Part shown: piece after piece, positions 10,347-21,116 of the stretch
How the letters are laid out: the number at the start of each line of letters is the position of its first letter
Numbering within the stretch: the first letter of the stretch is position 1
Virus record (IMG/VR): IMGVR_UViG_3300031992_000007
Span: 64,001 to 128,000 of that record
Length of the DNA stretch: 64,000 nt
Source: a virus
Lineage: Duplodnaviria > Caudoviricetes
Strand: one strand, 5' to 3'
The notes under the pieces: generated by a model
Seen by the model: the letters and a program-made list of their open reading frames with translations, nothing else
Told to the model about the DNA's origin: nothing
The model's database searches: none
Position numbers and translations under genes: made by a program

Positions 10347-10817
10347 ATGTTTGGCCCTGTAAACAACGCATCTACTCTTTGGGTTCCTGTCAAAGTTCCT
10401 GTTGGCAAAGCTGCCCTCCAGGACTTCATGCGCAACTGGAAAGAAGGACAAATGCAGGGAGCCCCGTTCAATGGTGAAATCAATTTGCCTTCCGAAGATC
10501 CTAAACGGAAGATAACAATCGACGAAAACAAGATCAGTCATTGCATAACAGAGATCGACGAGAACTCGTTCGATCCGACCAAGAACACAGTCATGGCGAG
10601 AGTTAGATTCTGTGGTCCGTACGGAGCTGAAGCTCGAGAGAAATACATCAGGAAAGATCTCCGCTTCATTACTCGTACTGTCGGAGTCAAGCACAAGACT
10701 ACTGGCGAGCGCAAAGATGCAATCGTTACTGTCGACTGTGTATCTCGTCCTACGGATCCGAAACTTGTTGACGACTGCAGGACTTATTTGGATAGTGTTA
10801 AAGCAAAACGCGGTTAA
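10347..10817 (+). CDS. hypothetical protein
   Basis: 156 aa, RBS AAGGAGG, followed by a terminator hairpin near 10834-10869. Confidence 0.75.
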   Translation: MFGPVNNASTLWVPVKVPVGKAALQDFMRNWKEGQMQGAPFNGEINLPSEDPKRKITIDENKISHCITEIDENSFDPTKNTVMARVRFCGPYGAEAREKYIRKDLRFITRTVGVKHKTTGERKDAIVTVDCVSRPTDPKLVDDCRTYLDSVKAKRG

Positions 10818-10879
10818 AAATAAAAATGAATAGACATCCAGGGCCCCCGAAATGGGAGCCCTGGTGTCCAGATCTTTTT

Positions 10880-12094
10880 TTATAACGAAAGTTGGATCTC
10901 GTGATTGGCTCTTATACAAGCAGCCAACACTTCATCTGATTCCGTACCATCGATGATCTCCATGAGCGGAAGTCCACACGCCTTGTAGTCGTGTTTGGTG
11001 AAGAACCTGATAAGGCGGATGGTTGCATCCACGTCTTCCTTGACCTTGTCAAAGATGTGGATATTCTCACCTACATTCAGGATCACCATGAACATCTCCG
11101 CACGAGCGTCGGCGTTCATTCCATCTACAGCAAGATCAACAAACTTCTTGATAGCCAAGATGAGTTTGACTGTCTCGCTGTCTGGATGTCGGAACTGCTC
11201 GAACAACTCAGGAGTGAAGATCTTCCTGGATATCCGATCAGGTTTGCTCTTATTGATGTACTTGTACAGACGTTCTACGAAGTCTGATACCAGTTGTCTG
11301 CGCTGCTCAGCAGCTTCCTCTTCAGCTTTGCGCTTCAGTTCAGCTTGCTTCTCGAGCTCGATCTGTTCCTTCTCTTCCTCAGTGAAGTAGACCTGCTGAT
11401 CGCAGTGTTCCAAGACCATTGATCCTTTCTCATCCCAGAACTTCATAATGAAGCCCTGATCACCAGAGTCTTTTAAGACGGTGTTCTCGAACGACTTGTC
11501 CCAACCTATGCATTCGCACACTTTGGTCAAATAGTAAGCAGCATGCTGGAGAACTGGGCTGAGGACAGGAAGAGTCACGATCCTTGAGTACAGACAATAC
11601 AAAGCATAGAGGTTTTCTTTCCACGCTTGAGTATCGAAGATCTCCCAAGGTCCGGCAATATGGTCATCGATAGAAGGGTTATCGTACTCCTTCTTGATGT
11701 AATGTACCAGAACCTTGGCATCATACACTGCCTTCCTCAACTCCGGCACCATAGCGACATGCTCACCAAATGGATCGGTGGACATCATCTCTGTAGGCAC
11801 ATCGGGGTTAGCGTAGACTGTACCCAGACCATTCCTGTTCAGTACGGTATGGAACCACTGTACTCTGTCAGTGATCTCACTCATTCGAACAATGTAGTTG
11901 CGAATAAACGCATGTCTGAACATCTTCGGGATGTTGGTGAGCTTCCAGTTAGATCTATCCGGAAGGAAGTGATCCAACCCGTTCTCCAGTTTCTCGATCT
12001 CGTCCGCTATATCACCGACCTTTTCCAAGTCAAGCTTGAATGGAGTCGGCACAATCTGACTGTTGAGCAAGTCTTCAGCCTTCTTTGTGTCCAT
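10880..12094 (-). CDS. hypothetical protein
   Basis: Start MDTKKAE with RBS GGAGG. Confidence 0.75.
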   Translation of the reverse strand: MDTKKAEDLLNSQIVPTPFKLDLEKVGDIADEIEKLENGLDHFLPDRSNWKLTNIPKMFRHAFIRNYIVRMSEITDRVQWFHTVLNRNGLGTVYANPDVPTEMMSTDPFGEHVAMVPELRKAVYDAKVLVHYIKKEYDNPSIDDHIAGPWEIFDTQAWKENLYALYCLYSRIVTLPVLSPVLQHAAYYLTKVCECIGWDKSFENTVLKDSGDQGFIMKFWDEKGSMVLEHCDQQVYFTEEEKEQIELEKQAELKRKAEEEAAEQRRQLVSDFVERLYKYINKSKPDRISRKIFTPELFEQFRHPDSETVKLILAIKKFVDLAVDGMNADARAEMFMVILNVGENIHIFDKVKEDVDATIRLIRFFTKHDYKACGLPLMEIIDGTESDEVLAACIRANHEIQLSL

Positions 12095-12680
12095 TGTTGT
12101 CCTCCGGAAGTTTGGCGGCTTCAACCGTAGCTTCCTCTACAGAAGCATCGATCTTGCTGAGAATTTGACTGTATTCGTTGAAGACGAAGGAAATCTTCGC
12201 CACGTAGGCTCCAAGAACAGGATCCTTTGGCTCCATATCCGAGAGCTTCAGACTCTGCGGCTTCTTCTCATCCCTCTTGTAGATGTTGAAAGCCAGCTTG
12301 ACGATAGCCGAGTCCGTCAGCTTAACCACATCCTCGTCGGTGTAGTCGAAGAGCTGAGCCAGAGTTGCAACAGCCGTGAGAATATTACGCATATCCTCAA
12401 CATCCTGCTGAGAGAGGGGATGCTCCCTGTACTTCTCCTGACCGCTCTTGAATGCCTGGTTGACCATCAGGGCTTCGCCGAGATGGACACCATCGAACGG
12501 ATGCCAGAACTTGTTGCCGTCCAAGTCATCCACGAGAACGTAGAACTGGAACTTGTTGGCGATCACACGACATACGTCATGCAGGTTGTGTTTCTCGATG
12601 GCTGCAACTGCATCATCCATCGTAGAGTAAACCTTGACGACCTTTTTACTTTTTGTTTCTGAAGTAGATTGCTCGCTCAT
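12075..12680 (-). CDS. hypothetical protein
   Basis: Start MSEQSTS with RBS AAGGAG. Confidence 0.7.
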   Translation of the reverse strand: MSEQSTSETKSKKVVKVYSTMDDAVAAIEKHNLHDVCRVIANKFQFYVLVDDLDGNKFWHPFDGVHLGEALMVNQAFKSGQEKYREHPLSQQDVEDMRNILTAVATLAQLFDYTDEDVVKLTDSAIVKLAFNIYKRDEKKPQSLKLSDMEPKDPVLGAYVAKISFVFNEYSQILSKIDASVEEATVEAAKLPEDNNGHKEG

Positions 12681-13347
12681 TGATGCGCTCCTTTCTGAGT
12701 TGTAGAAGTTTGCCAGTTGTTTTTCTTTCGTCTTCGTTGTAGCTGAAGTCAACGTTAGACAGTTCGATGGGTTCGTCTGTACCACAGGGTAAAGACCAGG
12801 AAGAACGATGAAGGTCGATATAGTAGAAACTCTTAGGTGTGTCGAACACCTTGAGAGTAATCACATACCTTATAGCTGGGATAGTCCTAGCTGTAGAACC
12901 TTTCTTAGTCAGCCAGTTCTTGACTCTGTCAGACCACTCTTGTTTGATCTGTGTACGTTCGAACCTAGTTGACAACTCGATGTATGTTTCCTCGGTTTTG
13001 GTCTGGATCAACCAGGCTGATTCACCGTAGTAGTACTTGGAACCCAAGCTGCCAGATGGGTTATTCTTGTGCGTGTAGTCAAACAAAACCAGATCCGTGC
13101 GGATCGTGCGGTCGTTGACAAAATTGATCAGTGAATTATGAACTCGTATAGAGGCTGTTTCGAATGTGTTCTTGATTCCGAACTCTCCACTCTTTCCCAA
13201 CCCCTGTGACAGGAACTTGACCTCATCGACCGTTGCGATCTGTTTCATCAACTTAGCAGCCAGAGTTAGCTGGGTAGTATAAGGAAACAGACATTGTGTT
13301 TCTTGTTGTTCACCGTGATAGTAGATAGGAACTCGTTGTACTCTCAT
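12646..13347 (-). CDS. hypothetical protein
   Basis: 233 aa, RBS AAGGAG. Confidence 0.7.
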   Translation of the reverse strand: MRVQRVPIYYHGEQQETQCLFPYTTQLTLAAKLMKQIATVDEVKFLSQGLGKSGEFGIKNTFETASIRVHNSLINFVNDRTIRTDLVLFDYTHKNNPSGSLGSKYYYGESAWLIQTKTEETYIELSTRFERTQIKQEWSDRVKNWLTKKGSTARTIPAIRYVITLKVFDTPKSFYYIDLHRSSWSLPCGTDEPIELSNVDFSYNEDERKTTGKLLQLRKERINERAIYFRNKK

Positions 13348-13412
13348 TCGAACTCCTTTCTTTAAAGCCCCAACACCTACCGGGCAGAACCCGGTAGGCG
13401 CCAGGGATTACG

Positions 13413-15719
13413 TTAGATAGGCTTCGCAAGGACAATAGTTGACTTACGACGCCAGACTGTTCCTGTGAAGTGGGATGTCTGTTGACGATCTCCACGACCA
13501 TACAGGAAACCTTTCTTCTCGCCCAGTTTCAAACACTGTCCAAGATTCTCGAATATGATGTGCCTGACCTGACAACGAGCACGCAACTCCTTAGGAATGT
13601 TGATGCACACTCGTTCAGTATTGACTGGAAGAACAGCTAGAACATGCCAGTCTCCATAGACGACCGTATGAACCTTCTTGGATCGGTTGATACGTTCCAG
13701 GACCAGATAGTTCGGCTGTGTGGTAGACGCATGGATAACAATACACTCATCGTCAAGAACATCAGACACATACACGGCATCGCGCAGTGTAGCCATGACA
13801 TTCAACGACCTTCTGGTTGTCTTGTCATCGACGGTGTACTCAAGCCACTCGCCCTTCTTCGTAATGACTGTGAACTTGTCGTTGACCAGGATTGTTCTGC
13901 TGACGTTGTCTGTCGCCGCAGCTACTCCTGTAACAGCAAGCACACCACCATCCTTAGCAACGGCGGCTGTATTCTTCTGACCATTGAACTTATAGATCGA
14001 CCTAGCCTTCATGTACTTCGGAAGGTCATCACCTTCCTTGAGATTCTCCTCGTGACCAAGGGCCAACAGATACTGGAAGTCGTCTGTTCTGTCGAACAGC
14101 TCGAACTCAACCTGTTCAGCTGGGAAGGTTTTGAGGACATCATCCATCTCTTCAAGAGATTCCAGCATGATGTAGCCCGTCTCCTTGTACCTGGCATAAC
14201 CGACATACTTGGGGATCAAGCATCTCTGCGGGAACTTCTTGACAAACTCTTGTTCAAACTTCTCAATAGACTCGATCATCAGGTCATTGACCTTAGTCGA
14301 CAGAGTCTGAAGTTTCTTGCGCTTCTCATCCACTTCCTTCATCGCGCGGATAAGCTCATCCTTACCGGTTCCGGTAAGCTGACTCAACCTAAGACTGTTC
14401 AGGTAATTAGCCTGGAAGCTAGTCAGGTTGAATCTCTTAGCGATCTCTCTAACTGCATCCTCTGGAGAAGCAGCTGTATTGTAGATGTTTGTAACTTCTT
14501 TAGCATGATCTGCGATGATGATCAACGCCTTGAGCTGGCGAAGTCTTTCGATACACGCATCGATCTTCTGTTTGAGGTCACCCAGAACAGATTCATTGCG
14601 GACCTTGTACCAGCGGTTGAGAAGAGTGAAAGGTGTCTCAACAAGCTTCTTACCACGGTTATCCACGAAGGTTGGTTCAGGTACCCAGGAGGATGAGAAC
14701 ACAACTCTCTTCTTCAGTTCTGCAAGAATATCAAAGGGGTTGACACCTCTTCTCAAGATACAGTTGAAGTTACCGCGCATGATGCCCGCACCAGACTTCT
14801 TGCCCGTAAAGTCCTCCATCTGCTGGAATGTTCTCTGCTCCCAAGTATTCTTGGCAAGCTTTGTACTCATCTGACAACCAACAGCATCTGTGGTCGAGTG
14901 AAACTCCTCATTCGGAGCAATGGTAGAGAAGATGATGTTGAAAGCGAACGAGTTGTTGTCGTACACTATCTTCATCTTACCATCAGTCACGATCGGGAAG
15001 TTGAACTCACCTCTCTGATAGGCTTTAATCAAAGCCTTGCTGTTGCGAAGATAACTGTCAGTGGCATAGTCCGGAATCAGATACTTGCAGAGGGTCTTCT
15101 CCCACCGCTGCCAATCCTGCCTTGTTGCTCTGAGCTTGATATACTCCTTGGCCAACTTGCAGACATTAGCCAACCCATATGCTGGTGTGCACGTTCTGCA
15201 GCCAGATGCAATACCGAAAGACCTTATCAGCAATGTTGTCGGGATCCTCGGTTTAAGATACAGAGGTTCCAAACCATCTTCGGACTCAGGCGGAACCATG
15301 TGGATAGTTGCCTGGTTGGTATCACCGAAGAAGATTGCTTCTGCTACTTCAGATCTCGCAACGTCCACATATCGCATTGCAGCTGCACCATGACCATCAT
15401 TGGAGTAAGCTCCGATGTTGGATTCGGAATACACCAACGGAACCACATGTGTAAATGGCTGAGCCAAGTTGACGATGGCATCTGCGATGGATTGGTCACC
15501 ATGTGGATGCAGTTTCATCACATCACCAACCAGGATCGTTTCCTTGTGAAGAGTTTCGAAATCTTTGTTCTTGTGTATGGCCCAGACAATTCGGCGCTGA
15601 ACGGGTTTAAGACCATCGATACAGTTCGGAAGTTTGGTCCACACTGTGTAGTCTGTGTACCTGGCCATATTGTCGCATATGGACTCCGAACAGGACATCT
15701 CAGATTTGAATTCTGTCAT
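13413..15719 (-). CDS. gyrA: type IIA topoisomerase subunit A (GyrA/ParC-like)
   Basis: DGLKPVQRRI, HPHGDQSI and catalytic AAMRY motifs; TATATTAC at 15789-15796. Confidence 0.92.
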   Translation of the reverse strand: MTEFKSEMSCSESICDNMARYTDYTVWTKLPNCIDGLKPVQRRIVWAIHKNKDFETLHKETILVGDVMKLHPHGDQSIADAIVNLAQPFTHVVPLVYSESNIGAYSNDGHGAAAMRYVDVARSEVAEAIFFGDTNQATIHMVPPESEDGLEPLYLKPRIPTTLLIRSFGIASGCRTCTPAYGLANVCKLAKEYIKLRATRQDWQRWEKTLCKYLIPDYATDSYLRNSKALIKAYQRGEFNFPIVTDGKMKIVYDNNSFAFNIIFSTIAPNEEFHSTTDAVGCQMSTKLAKNTWEQRTFQQMEDFTGKKSGAGIMRGNFNCILRRGVNPFDILAELKKRVVFSSSWVPEPTFVDNRGKKLVETPFTLLNRWYKVRNESVLGDLKQKIDACIERLRQLKALIIIADHAKEVTNIYNTAASPEDAVREIAKRFNLTSFQANYLNSLRLSQLTGTGKDELIRAMKEVDEKRKKLQTLSTKVNDLMIESIEKFEQEFVKKFPQRCLIPKYVGYARYKETGYIMLESLEEMDDVLKTFPAEQVEFELFDRTDDFQYLLALGHEENLKEGDDLPKYMKARSIYKFNGQKNTAAVAKDGGVLAVTGVAAATDNVSRTILVNDKFTVITKKGEWLEYTVDDKTTRRSLNVMATLRDAVYVSDVLDDECIVIHASTTQPNYLVLERINRSKKVHTVVYGDWHVLAVLPVNTERVCINIPKELRARCQVRHIIFENLGQCLKLGEKKGFLYGRGDRQQTSHFTGTVWRRKSTIVLAKPI

Positions 15720-15883
15720 ACCTGCTTCCTTCCTATTAAAGGATAGACTGACCTAGTAAAACGATATCCAATGTCCTTCATCACAAAAGTAATATATCGC
15801 TATTAGCAAGACTAAATATCCTGGCTACAATAAGCAAAAATAAAGATAGAAGCATCTGGCGGACGAACCGCCAGATGCCCCAA

Positions 15884-16324
15884 TCACTGCACACTTTTGT
15901 ATTTCTCTTTGGTCTTCGAGGTACTGAAAGTGTGCACCTCTCCGAGATCGTCTTTGAACGTGACAGACCTGTCAATGATTTCAAATCCGAGAGTTCTCAT
16001 GGTTTCTTCAAACCTGTTGTTAGAAATGCCGCCTTTTTCCAAAGTACGAATTAGGTTTTGAGTGTCACTCTTAGCCTGTTCGCGGGTGCGGTCCTCGACA
16101 GTTCTAAAGTACTCTACGGACTTATCGCTGAAGTATGATCTGCCTATCTCAAACGAAACGAAGACATCGCGCATCAGCAAGTCCAAACTATTCTGAGAGT
16201 CTCTCACGTCTTGCGCACTGAAGACAGGAGCACCATCTCTCATTCTAGAATGACTTATTGCAGACACGGACGGTCCAGCGCTCAGTAGCGCACGGATGTT
16301 CTCGTCTGGTGTTGGAATGTGCAT
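15884..16324 (-). CDS. hypothetical protein
   Basis: 146 aa with RBS GGAGGAG; terminator hairpin at about 15851-15878. Confidence 0.65.
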   Translation of the reverse strand: MHIPTPDENIRALLSAGPSVSAISHSRMRDGAPVFSAQDVRDSQNSLDLLMRDVFVSFEIGRSYFSDKSVEYFRTVEDRTREQAKSDTQNLIRTLEKGGISNNRFEETMRTLGFEIIDRSVTFKDDLGEVHTFSTSKTKEKYKSVQ

Positions 16325-16360
16325 ATGTCAATAACTCCTCCAAGTGAAGTTTTGTTCTGC

Positions 16361-17191
16361 TTATTCCCGCTTGACTTTCTTCTTGGGATGGATCCCAGTT
16401 AGGTCAAGAAGTCCCGAAAACAGGGAGGGTTTGTCTATCCGTAAGGGTGCGGTATCTAAAGCGCGTTGTAGCAGCTGAACCTGCCCTTGCAGTATCGACT
16501 CAACCTCCCCGAAATGATCTAGATCTAGTGAAGGTTCTGAACGATGAACTCTGACTACTTTGACCAAGTTGACGAACCATGCAAGGTAGCTTATCGTCGA
16601 TAGAAGGTCATCGTTAGTCAATGTCCCAATGGTGAACAAAGCATGGATCTCGTTGGACAGCCAAGAAGCGTAGAGCATCGGCGCGCTCGCAACGAACTCC
16701 ACAACAGCGTTCGTGTTGACCTTGTATTCAATATGTCTCTGGTAGAAAGCCAGGCAGTCATACAGACACATCTTTACAGATGGTAGTTTGGGTTGCGCCA
16801 ACAGAGTCAGCGCCAGCGTCATGTACGACCTTCTGACTCCATTGATCCCAACCAAGTCTGTTACTAGCCATTTCGGATCCCTCAAGAAATCCAACAGCAA
16901 GTTCCACCGAGGTGCCCTGTTGCATGGATCTGTGAAGTCCAGCAACTTCTCGAACACCTCGGTTCGTCTTTCATCGAACAAATGCGACTCTGCTGTGGAT
17001 GTCACAGGGTCACACCCTAGTAATAAATATCTGAAGTACGCGTGGACTATTCGAAGATCCGCATCTTTTACCTTCGGGCCTAACAAACTCACCAGGCTAG
17101 CGAAGACATGCAGATGCTCGTCTGCCGAAGGACGCGCACATGTGCTCGGTCTAATGAACCATGTGTTCGTCCGTTCGGCTAGTTTAGTCAT
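16361..17191 (-). CDS. hypothetical protein
   Basis: Start MTKLAER directly after the gyrB stop, RBS GGAGG. Confidence 0.65.
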   Translation of the reverse strand: MTKLAERTNTWFIRPSTCARPSADEHLHVFASLVSLLGPKVKDADLRIVHAYFRYLLLGCDPVTSTAESHLFDERRTEVFEKLLDFTDPCNRAPRWNLLLDFLRDPKWLVTDLVGINGVRRSYMTLALTLLAQPKLPSVKMCLYDCLAFYQRHIEYKVNTNAVVEFVASAPMLYASWLSNEIHALFTIGTLTNDDLLSTISYLAWFVNLVKVVRVHRSEPSLDLDHFGEVESILQGQVQLLQRALDTAPLRIDKPSLFSGLLDLTGIHPKKKVKRE

Positions 17192-17192
17192 C

Positions 17193-19709
17193 TTAGTCCT
17201 CCAGATAACCTCTGTTGATGAGTTTCTTGCGTGCCGAGGTATCGACACCCAACATCTCGTAGATCTTGTCCACATCACCGATAGATCTGATCGTAACGAA
17301 CGATCTCTCCTTCGGATCGACGCACGTTTTCGTAATAGCTTCAGCACTCATCTCGCCAAGACCTTTGAACCGTCTAACAGTGAAGAGGCGGTTAAGATCC
17401 TGGAAGACTCGGAAGAGCATCGCGAACGTGCACGGCGTTCCTTTGTAGAGCTCACTGTACTTAGTCGAGATGTACAGGTTGATCTGATCCCAGTGACCGA
17501 TTTCGTACTTGGGCAGGATGACGTGCTTCAAAGTGTACTGAAGTCTTGGTAACGGAATTCGATGTTCGATCTCCTGCTGGTCAACAAGAACAAGAACATT
17601 GTCCTCCTTCATCCAGATCGCATCGTTGAGCAACAACCTCTTCACGATCTCTTTCGTGTTGATGTTGTTCTCATCGAGGCAGTCGATGACATGGAGAAGC
17701 TGCTCCAGTTCCTGGTACGGGATATTCAGAAGCTCAGCCTGCTGAACCAAGGTATTGCCGATCTCCTCAACCAACATACACAGATCACGGAAAGCATCGT
17801 GATGTTTGCTAACCGAGATGGTGTTGTTGAGATGGACCCACTTGCCTTCGTTGTTCTTAGCACGAACTTCCATATCAATGTCAAGCAGCGCCTTGTACAC
17901 AGTGATGCGAGAATCTCTAAGCGCAGCTTCATCACGAAGATAGACTGCGCCCAGTCGTTTATCGATGAACGAATACAGCGGCGGAGTCGTAACGATAACT
18001 CTACCTTCTTCAATGATGCGCTTGTTGATCCTGTATATGATGCCCAGCAGTAGAGCAACTATGTGATAGCCGTCAGGGTCGGCATCGGTCATGATCACGA
18101 TCCTAGCGAACCTCATGTTAGAAAGATCTGTATCAGAAGGCGTCACACACAAGATCTGCTGAAGATCGCAGAAGATGGCATTCGCATCGAGCTTCTTCTT
18201 GTCACTGCGGATGGCGTTCAAAGGTTTACCAGACAACTTGAGAACTGCCTGGGTATTCTCATCACGCTCAGTCTCTACACGACCCGCAGCAGAATCTCCC
18301 TCAGTGATGATAAGTTCAGTTATGCGGTTGTCTTGAGACTTGCAGTTACGGAAAGAATCTTTACGACGCAGATCATACGTCATGTTCTTGAGATTCTTAG
18401 CTATACCAAGAGAACGTTTGGAGAACTTGGCGTACTCCTGAGTGAAGTGCTCCTGAATCAGTTCCCACAACCTGTCCCACATACCTTCACCATTGGTGTC
18501 AGTAAGCTTCTTCAGGTATCTGCGGAGATACTGTCTGTAACACTCGGAGAACTGTCGGTTTTCGAACCTGGACTTATCCTGACCGATGAACTCAGCTCCA
18601 ACCCATGTCACAAATACCGTGCCAGAGAAAGGAACTTTGTATCTGGACTCTAAGAAAGCCTTGGCGTCTGGATCCTCAACGTTGTCGTCAAGGAAATCCT
18701 TCAAAACCGTCTGAAGCATCGCGATGTGAGAAGACTCTGGATGGTTGATCGGAGTGTAGTTAACAGCACCAATTATTCCATTCTCACCTTTCAAAGACCT
18801 GTCATCTATGAAGATGTCGATGTCTATCCCAAGTGGATCGTCATTGTCTTCATCTGGTTCTTTAACGATCTTTGGAAGCTCCCAAATAGGTTGACCAAGA
18901 CCAAACTTCTTGATGAGATAGTCCCTGCGAGAAATGGCAGGATCAGTTTCATACACAACAGTTGTCTTGAAGTTTGTTAGGTCGGTCAGATACTTCCACA
19001 GTTCATACGGATCCTTGTTTAGATCTTTCTTACTGAGTAGACCTTCTACAGTACGAATCGTGAGTTTTACATTTCCCCTGAACAGAGATGTCATCTCCAT
19101 CCTAGAAACGTGTTTCTCGAATCCGTTCATGTCTCCGACTACAGCAGGTTTCCCAAACATCTCAGAGATGGCCGCGAACATGTCTGGATCTGGCTGAAGT
19201 AGAACCGTTGTGCCTACAGACTCGTCTGACTTATCTGCAGGTTTCTTGAACGTTTGACTGTCTTGAATCTCACCTCTCGACATCTTTAGATAGCCAAAGC
19301 CATCTTTACGATTGGTGAAAGCAATGAACAATATAGAGAATGCTGCAGCTGCTTTAGAACCAACGCCGTTCGTTCCCGAGCTCGCGCCTCCATACGTTCC
19401 CTTGTACTTACCACTCGTAAACTCGCGAGTGAAGCAGCTCTCTAACTTCCCTACAGGTATCCCGCGTCCATGATCTCGAATGAGACACTGATACGTAGAC
19501 TTATCTTTCGCAACAAAGAACGTTATATCTACCGGATAGATCTTTGTTTTATCCAAAGCTTCATCGGCAGCATTGTCGTAGACCTCTTTGATCTGAATGA
19601 GTGGGCCTTCAATGTTTGCAATAGGAAATCCCCACATTGATGGGCGCAATCTCATTTGAGCGCACATGCTCAACGTTGTGATGTTGTCATCGTTGTAGCT
19701 TGAACTCAT
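17193..19709 (-). CDS. gyrB: type IIA topoisomerase subunit B (GyrB/ParE-like)
   Basis: GHKL motifs EVYDNAADE, DHGRGIP, GTNGVG; TOPRIM EGDSA and DADPDG; RFKGLGEM; TATATTAC at 19753-19760. Confidence 0.93.
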   Translation of the reverse strand: MSSSYNDDNITTLSMCAQMRLRPSMWGFPIANIEGPLIQIKEVYDNAADEALDKTKIYPVDITFFVAKDKSTYQCLIRDHGRGIPVGKLESCFTREFTSGKYKGTYGGASSGTNGVGSKAAAAFSILFIAFTNRKDGFGYLKMSRGEIQDSQTFKKPADKSDESVGTTVLLQPDPDMFAAISEMFGKPAVVGDMNGFEKHVSRMEMTSLFRGNVKLTIRTVEGLLSKKDLNKDPYELWKYLTDLTNFKTTVVYETDPAISRRDYLIKKFGLGQPIWELPKIVKEPDEDNDDPLGIDIDIFIDDRSLKGENGIIGAVNYTPINHPESSHIAMLQTVLKDFLDDNVEDPDAKAFLESRYKVPFSGTVFVTWVGAEFIGQDKSRFENRQFSECYRQYLRRYLKKLTDTNGEGMWDRLWELIQEHFTQEYAKFSKRSLGIAKNLKNMTYDLRRKDSFRNCKSQDNRITELIITEGDSAAGRVETERDENTQAVLKLSGKPLNAIRSDKKKLDANAIFCDLQQILCVTPSDTDLSNMRFARIVIMTDADPDGYHIVALLLGIIYRINKRIIEEGRVIVTTPPLYSFIDKRLGAVYLRDEAALRDSRITVYKALLDIDMEVRAKNNEGKWVHLNNTISVSKHHDAFRDLCMLVEEIGNTLVQQAELLNIPYQELEQLLHVIDCLDENNINTKEIVKRLLLNDAIWMKEDNVLVLVDQQEIEHRIPLPRLQYTLKHVILPKYEIGHWDQINLYISTKYSELYKGTPCTFAMLFRVFQDLNRLFTVRRFKGLGEMSAEAITKTCVDPKERSFVTIRSIGDVDKIYEMLGVDTSARKKLINRGYLED

Positions 19710-19902
19710 TGATCCCTCCTATTAAGGTTGCTATAAGACCTTGAACATTAAGGTAATATATGCACACGTGTTAGACGAGAAGTGGGTCTTCAAGCCTAAA
19801 GAAAAGATGCATAACTTAGTACAAATTTATAGAAAAATATAAAAAAGAAACCCCGAGGATCAGACGGGGAAAGAACCACCTTTCGGCAGTTCTTATTTTT
19901 GG

Positions 19903-20097
19903 CTAGCGCAACTTGATCAGCAGCGCCTTCACCCATTCAGTAAGGTGTTGCATACCGAGATCGTAATAGAGAGAACCCTTGGGGGTTCCGTCCAAACACA
20001 TCACGGTTACAACAAGCCAGTAGCCAATGTACAACATCGCGATGAGCGCGATGCATCCAATGACATTCGAAATGATCTCTTTGGTCTCTTGCTTCAT
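19903..20097 (-). CDS. small membrane protein
   Basis: 64 aa, one TM helix, RBS AAGGAG, promoter motif at 20138. Confidence 0.65.
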   Translation of the reverse strand: MKQETKEIISNVIGCIALIAMLYIGYWLVVTVMCLDGTPKGSLYYDLGMQHLTEWVKALLIKLR

Positions 20098-20303
20098 TTA
20101 GTTCTCCTTGAGAGGGTTAATTGTTTTAGACACATGAGTAATGTATAAATGAGCAGAAATGAATGACATTGTTTCTCTATTTTTTGTGTTGGTCGAGGAA
20201 ATAAAAAGAAAGGGTGATCACGTATGACAGGCGCGTCACCCTCTCCCTTCTCAGAATAATACCACTATGTACGGAGTAATTCTCAAATGAGTACCTTCAG
20301 TAA

Positions 20304-20495
20304 CTAGAAGAATATACGGATCAGAATGGCTACTGTTATCCGGTACAATCCTTCCAGTATGTACGTGAGTCTTGGGTAAACCTTGAGCTCACGTATTTTG
20401 GCGAGACCTGCCAACGGAGTCAGAACAACCATCAGCAAGAATGCCACAATACTAGAGATATCCATAAGGGAATCCTCCTTAGTGGTTATGAACAT
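20304..20495 (-). CDS. small hydrophobic membrane protein
   Basis: Two hydrophobic segments; AAGGAGG RBS favours the internal start MDISS; promoter motif at 20539. Confidence 0.55.
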   Translation of the reverse strand: MFITTKEDSLMDISSIVAFLLMVVLTPLAGLAKIRELKVYPRLTYILEGLYRITVAILIRIFF

Positions 20496-20636
20496 CGGAC
20501 TATGATCACCCGGTCATTGTCTTTGTTCTTACACCAAGGTAATGTATATCTGAGTAGAATCGATTGACACTCTTTCTGTAAAAAAGAAAGAACCTTAGCC
20601 TACCCCCACCATCAGGTGGGGGTAGGTTGGGGAACT

Positions 20637-21116
20637 TTACTTTCTGTCGAACAAGGCTAGCTCTCTGGTTCGTCTAGCAACCAAACCATTGCTAACTTTA
20701 CCACCAGATAACCTGAACTCTGCCCATTCTTTCTTGGCCTGTTCATAGTTGCCAGCTACCAGACATTTGAACGTCATCGACTTGGAGAACTTAGTCCTTC
20801 CCAGGTTGTACAGCAAACTAGTCACTGCAGCCAACTGGTTGTTGTTGAGGTTCGGGCATTTGAACTTCAGCCAACGCATCTCCAACTCAACCCTCTTCTT
20901 AAGGATCGCTTTGGCTTCATCCTTAGTAACCTTACCCTTGGCAAGCACATCTTCATCTGTACACCCGTATCCGATGGTACGCTGACCACCCGGGCAGATG
21001 TACGGCGTAGCGACGAAGTTCTCCTCCGTTGCTATGAAGTTGACTGCCTTGTCTACTACCGATGCCTCCAGAACAATGTTCATCAGGGACATAACTATCA
21101 CCACCACTTTCTTCAT
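20637..21116 (-). CDS. GH24 (T4/P1-type) lysozyme with N-terminal hydrophobic segment
   Basis: E-x8-C-x5-T triad in EENFVATPYICPGGQRTIGYG; YNLG; C-terminal GLVARRTRE. Confidence 0.88.
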   Translation of the reverse strand: MKKVVVIVMSLMNIVLEASVVDKAVNFIATEENFVATPYICPGGQRTIGYGCTDEDVLAKGKVTKDEAKAILKKRVELEMRWLKFKCPNLNNNQLAAVTSLLYNLGRTKFSKSMTFKCLVAGNYEQAKKEWAEFRLSGGKVSNGLVARRTRELALFDRK

